Part shown: positions 22,701-35,400 of the stretch, piece after piece
Position numbering within the stretch: position 1 is the first letter of the stretch
Layout: the number at the start of each line of letters is the position of its first letter
NCBI GenBank assembly: GCA_002104945.1
Contig: MCFH01000036.1
Coordinates: 186,001-250,000, forward strand
DNA: 64,000 bases
Direction of reading: 5' to 3'
Source: Piromyces finnis finn
Taxonomy: Eukaryota; Fungi; Neocallimastigomycota
The notes under the pieces: model-generated
Seen by the model: only the letters and a program-made list of their open reading frames with translations
Database searches by the model: none
Told to the model about the DNA's origin: nothing
Made by a program: the position numbers and the translations under genes

Positions 22701-23645
22701 CATCATAATTAAAATTATATATATATGTATTGCATAACTATTAGTTTTGATTTATTAAACATGGCTAGCTACAAATTAAAAGATTAACTTTTTTTTTTTT
22801 TTATATAGACTGGAATATCTAATATTGTTTCAATGAAAATAATTATATATTCCATATTTTTTTAACCTATAAATCTTGATATTAAAATTAAGTACTTTTT
22901 CAAAAAAAATTTTTTTAATAAAAAAGAACCAAGAAAATGATAAAATTTTATTATTTATATTAACTCTTTTTTACAAAGATTTGAATATAATTTTGTTTCA
23001 AATCAAATGCTGGTTTAATAGGATAATTAAAAAAATTCTACCTATTCTCGTTATTCTTTGTATTGCTATCACTATATCACTATATCACTATTATTATTTC
23101 TATTTTCTTAAAAAAAAAAAAAGTTCTTTTATACTTTTTTTATTGACATATATTGAAATGGTATTAATAATTGCGTAGGTGATATAAATGAATAATATGT
23201 TAAAAATGATCAATATTTATAATATCCTTATTATTATTATTGTTAGTTACACTTGGAAGGATAGTATAAAGTTTTAAGAATTATTCATTTTTATTAACAG
23301 TTCTAGAAGACCTAGGTATTTATTAGGAAAAAAATTCAAATTATTGGGGCATTTCACTAGTTATTGGTTGATTTTTAAAGAAATTTTATAAAACGGAAAA
23401 TAAATTTTTGGGAAAAGAGGAAAAAAAATCCAATTTCATGGAGGATTAAATTTTGATATGGAGGACTTTACTTTTTTTTAAGAAAAAAAAGCTAAAATAT
23501 TGAAAGGTAGGAAAAGAAAGAAAAGATATGACAAATTTTAATATATATGTTTTATCCTATAAATTAATATTTTTATTCATTTATAATAAATACAAAAGAT
23601 AGTACTCACCACCAACAACAAGAATAATGTAAAAAAAAAAAAAGG

Positions 23646-23677
<32 letters not shown>

Positions 23678-23841
23678 TAAAGTAATAATAATAATAATAA
23701 TAATAATTAGAGTAATAATAATAATAATAATAATAATAAGAATAATAATAAGAATAATTAATAAACATAATAATAATAATTAGAATAATAAACATAATAA
23801 TAATTAGAATAATAATAATAATAATAATTAGAATAATAAAC

Positions 23842-23921
<80 letters not shown>

Positions 23922-23991
23922 TAGAATAATAATAATAATAATAAACATAATAATAATAATAATAATAAACATAATAATAATAATAATAAAC

Positions 23992-24061
<70 letters not shown>
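23646..24061. repeat. Interrupted (AAT)n array with TTAGA(G) and AAACAT variants
   Basis: Low-complexity array with recurring aattagaat, aattagagt and aataaacat interruptions. Confidence 0.9.
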
Positions 24062-24062
<1 letters not shown>

Positions 24063-24699
24063 CAAATAAATAAATAAATAACAGTAACATTAACACAAAA
24101 TATATTAAACATAATAATACCTAGAACAATAATAAATAATAAATCGTATAGGTTAAAGAAAAAATGTTTAAAAAATAAAAAAAGAAAAACTCGGTTTAAT
24201 TATTTAAATTTCTATTATTTTGGAGGATAGATTCTTTCTGCTTCAATGCGTTAATTCATGTTATTGTAAAACTTTTCTTTTTATGATGATTGTCAATGGT
24301 ATATAATAAGAAGGGTTGTTGAAAAGAGTTGATATTTAAAATTACATTGTATACATTATACATATTGTATACGTCACCATCATTTATGGATTTATAATAG
24401 AACATGTGATTTCTAATTTATTGATAAATTTTAAACATTTTTATCCAATAATATTTCAATCTAAAAATTATTATCAATAATATACTTTTATAATATATTA
24501 CAATATATTTCAATATAATTTGTCAGAAGTACTGATTTTAATAAAAAAAGAAAATTTTAAAGTTTTTTTTTTTTTTTTTGAAATTTAGTTTTCATATCAA
24601 AATTGAAATCTTTTCTTTTTTGACTGGTATTTCTTGGAGAAATTTAAAAGTCATTTTAGAAACTTAGCAAAGCGGGTTTACCAAAATAAAGCAAGAAAA

Positions 24700-26067
24700 A
24701 TGAAATTGAATTATGAAGAATTGAAAACAAAGATTTTTCAATTAAAATGTTCCTTTCAATTCGTAAATGTTACTTTAGATTTGCAGTGGATAAACTTAGA
24801 ACCCTATCAGATACTTCAAAGGTTACTGAACGAAAATAAATCATTATTTTGCCAAAACTCTGAATTTAAGGCAAACGTGTTGGAAACGTTGGTAAATCTT
24901 GTTGACTATGTTTATAATAATTTTGAATTATTAAAAATTTTAGATTCATTAAATATTAATGAATTGAATAGATTGGTTAAACTGATTTCTATTTTACAAG
25001 ATTACATAATTCTTATAAATGATCAGAATCAGAAGATGCTTGTCGATGATTATATAAATTTGGAGAATTCAACACAAAACTTAAAATTGGTTTTTCGTTA
25101 TAAAAATGATAATATAGAGAATGTATCTAATATGTTAAATATTTGTAAAAGTTTTCTTAATTCTCTTAATAATTTACAAGAGAAAATAGATTTGAGATGG
25201 TTAATGAACAATTTATTATTTTATTTTTACAACAATGCTTGTAAAAATGTATTAAATTTAAAATTTTATATTGAAAAATGTAAAGATGGATTGTTGAAAT
25301 TGTTAGACAATGAAATTATAATTTTTAATAACATAAACCTTGAGCTTACTAATGAAATAGATTTTAAGGGTGTTGTAATGGAGTGGAAAAATACCTTTGA
25401 AGCTATTAATAATAAAATTATTAATGAAGAATGGTTAACATTAGGAATAATAAATTTTATAAGGGATCATACACAATATAAAAAAGTTAGTAATAGTACA
25501 GTAAAGTTAGTAGGTCAAGTAAGACATTTCAAAAATAGCACTCCTAATAGTTATGATAATAATGACTATATTGAAGGTGCTGCTGTTAAAGTCATGTATA
25601 AAGGTAAAGGAAAAATTTCATATACTCTAGTAAATTATTTATATCAATGTATTTATTTAGCCAAAATTAAATGTATGGGTGCAAAAAACTTATCAAAATT
25701 ATATGAAAATATCTTGGGCAAAAATAAATGTAATGATGTAAAAAATTTACGAGAATTAACTGATTTAATTAAAGAAAATATTTCATTTGAATTAGTTGAA
25801 AATAAGTTTGAATTACCCACAAATAATAATTGCCGTTATATGTATATTTTTATTTTTCAAATGAATGAAAATACAAAGAAAAATCTTCATTTCAGTAAAC
25901 CATTTACATTAATATGTGAAAGAAGATATAATGGTTCCAATAAAAAGAACAAAAGTGAATCTTTTTGTAATTTTCCTCAGCATCAAGAGCCTGATTTTAC
26001 AAGTTTTATATATGATATAAGGCCATATATAAAATATAATGAAAGTGAGAACTATTTTTTCTATTGA
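24700..26067 (+). CDS. Intronless orphan protein, ~455 aa from first ATG (frame open from 24607)
   Basis: 1.4-kb stop-free frame in very AT-rich DNA, with a complex amino-acid sequence. N-terminal ~250 aa look helical; the C-terminal part looks mixed alpha/beta. No family recognised. The ORF-track start at 24634 is TTG. Confidence 0.7.
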   Translation: MKLNYEELKTKIFQLKCSFQFVNVTLDLQWINLEPYQILQRLLNENKSLFCQNSEFKANVLETLVNLVDYVYNNFELLKILDSLNINELNRLVKLISILQDYIILINDQNQKMLVDDYINLENSTQNLKLVFRYKNDNIENVSNMLNICKSFLNSLNNLQEKIDLRWLMNNLLFYFYNNACKNVLNLKFYIEKCKDGLLKLLDNEIIIFNNINLELTNEIDFKGVVMEWKNTFEAINNKIINEEWLTLGIINFIRDHTQYKKVSNSTVKLVGQVRHFKNSTPNSYDNNDYIEGAAVKVMYKGKGKISYTLVNYLYQCIYLAKIKCMGAKNLSKLYENILGKNKCNDVKNLRELTDLIKENISFELVENKFELPTNNNCRYMYIFIFQMNENTKKNLHFSKPFTLICERRYNGSNKKNKSESFCNFPQHQEPDFTSFIYDIRPYIKYNESENYFFY

Positions 26068-27399
26068 AATAATTCTTTCTCTGATTAAATTTTACATATG
26101 GTTCTTTATATTCTAGTAGAGTGAACATACTTTAGTTTTTGGTATTAGACGATAAGTTAAACTTGATTATAGAATTATTGTATTAATCATGTATATTTTA
26201 TCAAGACATATCATAATATAAAACTTTTTTTTTTTATTATTTATATTTTTTCTTTTCTTTTTTTTTTTTTTTTTTTATACAGATTAAAATATTTAAAAAA
26301 AGTTTTAATAAAATTAATCAAAAAATTTTATTAAACTTTAAATAATTTTTTTTAATAATATAATAAGGTGTATGTGTATGTGTTTATATATATATATATA
26401 TATATTTGTGTGTGTGTGTGTCTTATTTAATAAAATAAAAAAAAAAAGGTAGTGTGTGAAAAAAATAAATAAATAAAACACTATATATAAAATAAAAAAT
26501 GTTAAGATATTTAATAATATATCTTACTAATAACGAAACTTATTTACCAAGGGTTGAATTAATCTTTTTTCAAGGATAAACCTGAAATGTTTTTCCAAAT
26601 AACAAAAAAAAAAAAAAAGATAGAATTTATATCATGTGTGTCTTTCTTCTTCTTCAAAAAAAAAAAAGTGTTGAAGTAGTCTACTGGTAGGTGGACAGTG
26701 TTTGATTGTTCAGAGAGAAAACCGTTTAAGATAAAATTATATGATATATTATTATGTATCTGAAGTGAAAAATGAATTAAAGAATACATTTTTTTTTTTT
26801 TTTATACAATATCATCTATAGTTTAGACATTTATTATATAAAGAATTGAATTGTTTTTTTTTTTTATATACAATTAAGGCTTTAAAAGTTTATATATATA
26901 AAAAAAAAAGAAAGTTGATTTTATATATCCATCTTTAACTCTTTTTAATTATTAAAATTAACAAATGTAAAAAAAAAAAAAAAAAAAAAATTTTGACATA
27001 GATATTTTTTCATAGAAAAAAAAAAAAAAGGTCTATTTTATTAAATCAAAAGATATTTTTAATAAAAAAAAAAAAACTTTTTTCTTTTTTTTAGGATATT
27101 TACTAAAAATTCATTAATTAAATATAAACCTTTATGTATTTGACCATTTTTTTTTTAAAAAAAAAAGAATAGAATATAGAATTGTTTAGACTATATTCTG
27201 GACATTTATATATTATATATTATTTATATATTTATTATAAACCATGAACCTCTTGATTATATTTAATGGTATTTTAAAAAAACCAAACTTTTTTTGTAAA
27301 ACTTTATAGAAACATTTAAATTCTATAAAAAAAAAAAGGGATGAATATAACGTACATTTATTATGAAAAAGTGGAGGAGGGGTAAAAAAAAAAAAAAAA

Positions 27400-27890
27400 A
27401 GATCGTCAAAGAAAACAAAGTGAAGAAGTTTTGTATTTAGCGAATGCAGAAGATTCTAAAATCTAAGATACAAGGGCAGTTCAGGAGTTAACTCTATTAC
27501 AATGGGACACCGAGTCAAAGATCAAAAAAAAATTTTGTCATGGAACAAAATTATGATCTTCGTTGGTTGCGATGGCCTTCCTAGCCTATCTTATTGTTTC
27601 TTCAGCATTGATACTCTTGACTATTGCTTCAAACCTTTTGAACATTAACCATTGCTAGCCAATAACAAAAAAGGCATGATTTTGGTTAAAAAATTCTGCT
27701 GTTACTGTCAAGAATGGTGTTCCTTCTTCGAAAGTGCCCGATTGCATCTGACACTTGCAAAGTTTTTTTTTTATTTCCTTTGAATTGGAAATGATAGTTG
27801 TTAAAACTTCTTCCCCTCCCCCTCCCCCAAGAAGGAATTTAAATATTTTATTACATACACTAGAATAATCATACCCATTAATATTCACCG
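27400..27890 (-). pseudogene. Decayed coding relic of unknown family
   Basis: GC-enriched patch. One minus frame reads QSGTFEEGTPFLTVTAEFF...G*QWLMFKRFEAIVKSINAEETIR*ARKAIATNEDHNFVP* with scattered stops. Confidence 0.35.
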
Positions 27891-27989
27891 GCCGGTCGGA
27901 TTATTAGAACTATTACTGTTATTAACTAAACAACTATCTAAATTAAGAAGTAATATCTTCACTATTGCTACTACTACTACGGTTATTAC

Positions 27990-28023
27990 TACTATTATTA
28001 CTAATGTTATTATTATTATTATA

Positions 28024-28057
<34 letters not shown>

Positions 28058-28137
28058 TAATTATTATTACTATTATTACTCTAATTATTATTATTATTAT
28101 TATTATTATTCTAATTATTATTACTATTATTACTCTA

Positions 28138-28186
<49 letters not shown>
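27990..28186. repeat. Interrupted (ATT)n array with CTCTAA/TTCTAA variants
   Basis: Reverse complement contains taataattagagtaataata, identical to 23701-23720. Confidence 0.9.
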
Positions 28187-28187
<1 letters not shown>

Positions 28188-28199
28188 CTCTATTAATAT

Positions 28200-28860
28200 T
28201 AACGTTTTTCATTAGTATTGAGAGGATGGTTGGAATTACACTGACGGAAAAGCATTTAATCGTTGGACTAGGCAATTATAATGTTTACTATGGATGGATA
28301 TCTCTAAATATTTGGACACCTCTAATAATCAAGTCTTAATACTTTTTTCCAATATGGATAGTAGTAGTTTGGATAAACGGCGGGATCAACAACAAATTTA
28401 GCAGCTTTCACAACAACTCTAGCACATTCAACTTGTATTCGATTCTTACTTACCAAAGCCAGTAATAAGAAATCATAGGAAAATTCTGGAGGTACTTGTA
28501 GCATAATTTAATAAAATCTTTATAAAGTTTCAATATTATTATTATTATCATTATAGTATTGGGCGACTTTGATTGAATTTCCTTTGAGATCTTTCTAAGG
28601 AAATCTTTTTTTTTTTTGTATAAAGAGTCCTACTTGATTTGTACCATGTCTATTTTTTTTTTTTTTTTTAAATTTAGGAATGGAATTAACAAGGTGTACG
28701 CTAATACAATTTGAATTTTTCCACTTGTTAAAACATCTAACCTGAGCTAATGAAGGAATATTCAAATCTTTTGAAATATAAACCACCGATACAGCTTTAT
28801 AAACTCCTGCAACCTATCATATTCCTTTGTACACATGCTTTTGAGCAAATCCTAGATCAA
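28200..28860. pseudogene. Decayed coding relic, strand and family uncertain
   Basis: GC-enriched patch. Minus ORF 28322-28504 uses host-like codons; a plus frame carries LNIWTP...*...VVVWINGG (carboxylesterase-like). Multiple stops. Confidence 0.3.
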
Positions 28861-29645
28861 ATAGTTAAACCTTTTAAACAAAAAAGAAATACTAAACACT
28901 TTTGAGTTTTATATATTTTTTATACATTACTTTTTATTTATTTTATTTTTGTTTTTTTTTTTAATTTTTTAATAATAAAAAAAAAGTTTATTTTTTGTTT
29001 TTTTTAAAAAAATATATATATAATCATAATATTAAATGTTTGCTTTTGTTGAATGAATGTGTTGTGTGTGTGTGTGTGTGTGTGATGCTTTTAGTAAAAA
29101 AGAATTAAAAAAAAAAAATGGATGATTAAATTACAAAATAAATAAAATTTATATTATTAATAAATTATAATTTTTTTTATAAAAACTAATTCTCTATACT
29201 AAAAATCTTAAAAAAATTTTTTTTTTTTTTAAAATTTAATCATTCACATAAGAATATTAAGAAATTAAAAAAAAAAAAAAAAAAAATTTTTTTACCAAAA
29301 AACAATTATAATAATAATTGTTTTATGCTATTAAAAAAAATATTAAATTAAAATAATAATGTTATATAAATAAATAATTTTTTTATTAAAAAGAGGCTAA
29401 AAAGAAAATATACTAAATAATAATTTAAATATTTACTAAATGTATTATTATTAAAAAAAAAAAAAAAAACTTTAAAAAAATTATAAATTAAAAAATGAAT
29501 GAATATATTATATAAAATTAAAATTGAATAATATACTAATATTGTAAAAATTTTTTAATATAGATAAATTAAGTAGATTTATATATATATATAAAATATG
29601 AATTGATTATTTATACTTTTCTTTACTGAAATATTATATATAGAT

Positions 29646-32411
29646 TTAGTCTTGTTCCTTTGTCTTTTTTTTATCATCATCATCATCATCCTTTGTATTA
29701 CCATTTTTATTTTTACTTTCTACGACGACCTTTTCTTTCTTTGCTCGTTTTTTCTTATTCTTCGTATCACTATTTTCTTTTGAAGGTACGGCAGCTTTTT
29801 CAAGCTCATTGGCTTCTTCCTTTTTTTCTTCTTTACATGCTTCCTCTTTTCCACATTCCTTTCCTTTTTCTTTTTCTTCAACATTCAATTTGGCCTTTTT
29901 AGCTTTAGTTTCGGAATTTTCCTTTCTTTTCTTTGAAGACTTTTTCTTACTTTTATCTTCTCCGTCATTCTTATTATTATTTCTTTTACGCTTTCTTGGG
30001 GTACTTTTCTTCAAGGAAATTGGTCGAGAAGCACCATCATGAAGCGTCTTGTATAAACCACAGGCATTACATAATGGATTACCCTCTTTATCACGACGCC
30101 ATAATGGTGTAACAGAAGTACTACAATTGGAACATTTGATCTCCTTCTTTTCTGGATCATCACCATCTCTTCTAGAAGAATTATTACGATTGGTTTTTGG
30201 TCTGGGGGCATTATGAATCTTTTGGTATAATCCACAGGCGTTACATAAAATTTCATCGTTTGCTGAACGACGCCATAGAGGTGTTTTGGTTACCTTACAA
30301 TTAGCACATTCGGTTTTTTGAGGAATTAAATGGTATGGAGAATACAATAAACCATTATTATCGTAAAATCCATTACCATAAGGTCCAATGAATCTGGCAT
30401 ATGGATTGAAATACAAATTCTTGTTTTTTCTCTTGTATCTTCTCTTGGTTCTAACTGGAGCAGCTGGGGTATCTCCCTTGGTTTGTAATGCTTCACCTTT
30501 TTCTGTTTTAGATTGAGCCTCGGTGGATGGTTGACTTTTATTAGGAATATCTTTTTTTTCAACTTCTTGTTTTAAAGATTCTTCCTTTGAAGCATTTAAT
30601 GACTTTTCCGGATTTTTAATGTCTACCTTTACACCTCCATCGGTGAAAATATTATTGGAGAAATTTTCGAAATCTTTGGTAGCTGTGGAAGAGGTGGATG
30701 CAGTGGAATTGTAATCAATGACTGATGGTGATATGAATAATGGCTTATCCATTTTTGAAGAAGTTGAGTTGAAAGTAGAGGTAACGACAGAATCATTAGA
30801 AGAAGATGGTGTCATTCTTTTATCTTCAATGGTGGAATGATAGCTACGATTGACGCCATGATTGGTGGTAAAGGAAAGGGATGGATCAGTAATGGATGGT
30901 GATAAAACATTAGGGACAACAATATTCTTTTGATAGGTGGCTTCTTGATGTTGTTGCAAGTGTTGTGGATATTGTTGGTGTAATTGATGTTGTTGTTGCT
31001 GTTGTGAGGCTACAACAGAACGAACTTTTGCTTGAGTTTGAAGATAAAGTTCATTATTAGATTTAGCAATCATATTGGTTAATCTTCTTAATTCATTCAA
31101 GGTTAATTGATTTGACTCAAGCATAACTTCCAATGATTTGATATTGGCTTCAGCAGAAGAGATTGGCTTTCTCATTGATTCTTCACCATAAGAAATACTG
31201 GAACTTAAGGAAGGTGTCATTATTTCACTAGACAATAATAGACCATTGGATGCAGAAGGAGTCATATTAGCAATGTTGTAGTTTCTATTTGTATAGGTTA
31301 CTGAATTATAAGGATTTGTGGAAGCATTGACAGTTTTATATACAGAGGTTGAATTTTGACTAATAGCATTTTTAATTGAAGCAAAAGAAGCGTCTGATTC
31401 TTCCATCAATGCACTGGAAGGTAATCTGGAAGAATCATTCACAAGAATATTATTTACAGCAGTTATATCATTTGGAGTTGAAAGTACATTATTTCTGTAT
31501 ACACCGGAATTCTGAGAGTTGAAATTAATATCATAAAAATAATTCATGGAAGGATTATCCAGTTTTTGTTGATGAATTAATTTTCGAGTAGGATCAGCAT
31601 AGTTTACATTTTGAATATTTTCATGATCCACAGGGTCTACAGGTTCTATAGGTTCAATAGGATTCATTCGATTCATTGGATTCATAGGGTCCATCGGATC
31701 TATAGGATCCATTGGGTCTACAGGATTCACTGGGTTCATAGGGTCCATAGGGTCCATAGGGTCCATAGAATTTAAAGAGTTCATTTGATCCATATAAGAA
31801 TATAAACTTACATTATTATTATGACTCTCATTGGTAGAAACCTTAATGTATTTATTTTTCAATATACTATTATTTATCATGGTAGTTGTTGGTACAGAAA
31901 GAGTAGATTTTGTAGTCAATAGACATCTTGGATCTTCCAAAGCAAATGTCACTGGTTGATGAGTACGAGGGTTATTAAATGAAGGCGCGGATTCAGGCAA
32001 CTCGGTCACAAAAAGTGTATCATGGTTTAAATTTGGAGTACTATATCCTAGAGTATTGGTAGTGGTAGTACATGATGATGAATTGATAGATTTTGGGGAA
32101 TTGGTCATTATCATTGTAGGGCTTTTATCCTTATTTTGTTCAAAGGTAGTAACACTTGAAATTGAACTTTTTGGCGAGGGATAAACGTTAGAAGGTGATA
32201 ATGGTAAATCACCTTTATTAATTTTGGTATTATTGATTAATTCCTTTTTATAATAGTTTTCAAAACTATTTTCCTGGTTATCTTGATATGATTCTACTAA
32301 TTGTGAATATAATTTAATATTATCCAAATCTTTTTCACTATTAAAAGATTTTTCTATTAAGTTATCGTACAGCAAATCACTTTTATTATTATTTATAATA
32401 ATAGATTCCAT
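29646..32411 (-). CDS. GATA-type zinc-finger transcription factor with two CX2CX17CX2C fingers, intronless, 921 aa
   Basis: Fingers [25 protein letters not shown] (30308-30234) and [25 protein letters not shown] (30134-30060). Long S/N/T-rich N-terminus and K/E-rich basic tail. Confidence 0.95.
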   Translation of the reverse strand: MESIIINNNKSDLLYDNLIEKSFNSEKDLDNIKLYSQLVESYQDNQENSFENYYKKELINNTKINKGDLPLSPSNVYPSPKSSISSVTTFEQNKDKSPTMIMTNSPKSINSSSCTTTTNTLGYSTPNLNHDTLFVTELPESAPSFNNPRTHQPVTFALEDPRCLLTTKSTLSVPTTTMINNSILKNKYIKVSTNESHNNNVSLYSYMDQMNSLNSMDPMDPMDPMNPVNPVDPMDPIDPMDPMNPMNRMNPIEPIEPVDPVDHENIQNVNYADPTRKLIHQQKLDNPSMNYFYDINFNSQNSGVYRNNVLSTPNDITAVNNILVNDSSRLPSSALMEESDASFASIKNAISQNSTSVYKTVNASTNPYNSVTYTNRNYNIANMTPSASNGLLLSSEIMTPSLSSSISYGEESMRKPISSAEANIKSLEVMLESNQLTLNELRRLTNMIAKSNNELYLQTQAKVRSVVASQQQQQHQLHQQYPQHLQQHQEATYQKNIVVPNVLSPSITDPSLSFTTNHGVNRSYHSTIEDKRMTPSSSNDSVVTSTFNSTSSKMDKPLFISPSVIDYNSTASTSSTATKDFENFSNNIFTDGGVKVDIKNPEKSLNASKEESLKQEVEKKDIPNKSQPSTEAQSKTEKGEALQTKGDTPAAPVRTKRRYKRKNKNLYFNPYARFIGPYGNGFYDNNGLLYSPYHLIPQKTECANCKVTKTPLWRRSANDEILCNACGLYQKIHNAPRPKTNRNNSSRRDGDDPEKKEIKCSNCSTSVTPLWRRDKEGNPLCNACGLYKTLHDGASRPISLKKSTPRKRKRNNNKNDGEDKSKKKSSKKRKENSETKAKKAKLNVEEKEKGKECGKEEACKEEKKEEANELEKAAVPSKENSDTKNKKKRAKKEKVVVESKNKNGNTKDDDDDDKKKTKEQD

Positions 32412-35400
32412 TTTTTATTAAAAACAATTTTCTAATTGTATATTTTACTAAACAATTTCTAATTATATATATATTTATAGTAAATAATAGAGATAAAATA
32501 TGAGGTGGTTTTTACTTGGGTTGTGAGAGATAAGTATATGCGATTGTCGTTTTTTTTTTTTAGTTTATATATTTTAAAGTAAAAGTTTTATTTTGATAAT
32601 AATTCGTATTATAATATGTTACCATTCGAAATATAAAAACTATTTTTTTAAAATATCAATGTTTTTTTTAAAAGTACTGACAAATTGGTATTTTTTAAAA
32701 ATTAAAAAAAAAATAGACATATAATGATATTATTATTAATTAAAGTTTAAAAAAATTTTTTTTCTTGATGTAAAATAAAAATTTTCTAATGTATATATAT
32801 ATGGTCGAATAAATGTTAAAAAATTCTTTTTTTCTTTGTATATTAAAAATGGTTATGTAAAAAAAATAAACTTTATAAAGTTATTGTATAAAAAAAAGGT
32901 TCATATATCTTTTTATAAAAATTAATAAATCTTTATATAAAGTCTATATGATATATATATTAAAAAATGAATAAAATATGTTTTAATGTCTAAATAAAAA
33001 AGGAGTATTGAGTTTCTTTTTCAAAACTTTTATAAAAAATATTGTATAGAACTTCTAGTTTACGTATTAAAATGAAATGTGTGTGTATATATTTGTTTTT
33101 CTTTTTTTTTTTCTTAAGATAATTTAAAGAGAAATATAAAAAAAATCTTTTAAACAATTTATAAATAGTTTTTTATAGTGTTTTTAGTTGAAAAGATAGT
33201 TTTTACTTTTATATTTCCTTTTTTTTAGGTTTATGTGTTTGGTTGTATAATTAATTTTTTAAAATATATATATATTTATTTTTTATGACAAGATAACTAC
33301 TCGATAACTATATCTGTATAATATATAATATTAACAAATAGTATTATTACTTTAATGTTTGAAATATAATAACAACAGCTTTTTATATATATATTTTTTC
33401 TTTTTTTATGATTGATAAAAGTTTTAGTTTTTTCCTTGTTTTTACTTTTGTTTTTTATTTTCTTTTTTTCAGTTTACACAGGTAAATACAAGTAAGTATG
33501 AATAATAATTTTTAATATTTTTCAAAAAATAATTTCTTTTTTTTTTATAATCATAAAAATAAAAAAATATATATATTCCCTATAAATTACACTACTTATT
33601 TTTTAAAGTTTTTAATAAAATTTTTTATTTTAGATTTTTGAAGGGATTTTTCTTTGTATTTATATTTTTTTGGAAAATTTTAATATATAATAAAAATTTA
33701 TTCCTTTTTTATGAATTTTTCATTTTTTTATAATAATTAAGCTTTTTTATAAAATAAATTTTAATTAAAAAAAAATAAATTTATTTCATCATCTTTTTTA
33801 TTTAAACATAATAAAAAATTTTAAATATGAACCTTTTTTTTAATTAGCAATTCAATACATTAATGATACTATTAAATTCTATTCTATAATATATAGCTTT
33901 TTTTTTTATTTATTCAACTATTTAGAGGTATAATGAATACTAAATTATATATAAATTTTATATAATAAGAAATAGATAAAAAAGCTTAAACTTTTAAAAA
34001 AAGAATCTAAAATGACATATTTTTTTAAAAAAAAAAAAAAAAAACGACATTTATAACAAACAATAATAATTATTGATTTATTATTTTTATTATTATTTAC
34101 TAAATTATTAATAGTATTAAATTATTATTGTTATTATTATTTATAATTATTATTGTTATTATTATTTGTAAATACACTCTTATTATATCAAGAATATATG
34201 GGACTTTTCTTATTACAATATATCTTATTTTATATAATTACAAAGAGATATATAACAAAATATAAATGAATATATGTTTTAATTAGAAAAGATTGAATTA
34301 GGCCATTTAAAAAAATAAATTAAAATAATTTTTAATAATTATTTCATCATGAATCAAAAAAAAAAAAAAGAGAGAGAAATGGCCAAAGTTTTGGGTTTTT
34401 TTTTTATGTTTTGCTTGTTACTACCACTAAGCCAAAAAAAAAAAAAGGTCGTTTTTTTTTACTGGGCAGGACTTACCAGTATTTTTTTTGTAATAAATTC
34501 ATTTCAAATATTATTAGTAGTATTGCTAATATATTGTAATTTAAACTTTTTTATTTTTTTTTTAATATAAAAAAAAGAATTTCATTCATTTATTAAAAAT
34601 TTAAAGTTAGCATTTACACTTGTAATATATGAATATATTTAATACTTATATAATAACATAATATATTTTATTATTATTATTATTATATCTATTCTAATTG
34701 AAAAAATGAAACAAAGAATATTAATCTTTTTTTTTTAATATATAAATAGATAAATAAAAAATAATTAAATTATTATTTTTGACATTTCTACTTTAGAAAG
34801 TAATTGGAATATATGGTTCACATTTATTAAAATATATATTATTAGTATTATATACTCATATATTATTATATATTGAAATTTTCAGATAATAAAAAAAGGT
34901 TTTTCTTTACTATAATTAATTAATTCAGATTCCTAAAATTTTAATAACTTTAATATTCAATTAAAAAAAATTACAATATATTATATTAAATATGTTAATT
35001 TATGGTCGATATATATTAGAAATATAATGGCTTATTACTGTAATTTAATATATTCATTAATTGAAATTATTCTATAAATTGTAAATTTGTTTTAATTAAA
35101 TAATATATAGATTTAAAATTTCAATAGAGTATATTTACATATATTATTATATATCAGTATTATATTTTACATTATACTTGCTTTTAAATTATAACCTTAT
35201 TTATTAATTTTTCGTAATAATTCAATTAAAAATTGGATACTCCAACACTATAACAATCCTATAGGATAATTTTTTGTAACTCTAGTCTATATTGATTTGT
35301 TCTTCATCATTTCCTAGAAAGGAAACTTTTTTCAAACAACATAAATTAATGTAATTTACATAAATTTATTTTAAATTTAAATTAGAATATAATATAATTC

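Noticed and set aside
24634-26067. Fanzor/TnpB or transposase identity for the orphan ORF
   Set aside because: No RuvC-I D-x-G motif, CxxC zinc-finger pair, RD.NAA.N motif or DDE triad recognisable.
28245-28285. HLIVGLGNY resembling the peptidyl-tRNA hydrolase N-terminus
   Set aside because: The expected TRHN motif does not follow; likely coincidence within a relic.
29660-30562. Short ORFs overlapping the GATA gene (similarly 48609, 52802, 56527, 56575, 59204, 60764, 61614, 61781, 63302)
   Set aside because: Shadow or alternative-frame ORFs of real genes.
34460-34481. Hairpin tactgg-N10-ccagta flanked by T-runs
   Set aside because: A 6-bp stem with no other support; compatible with chance.
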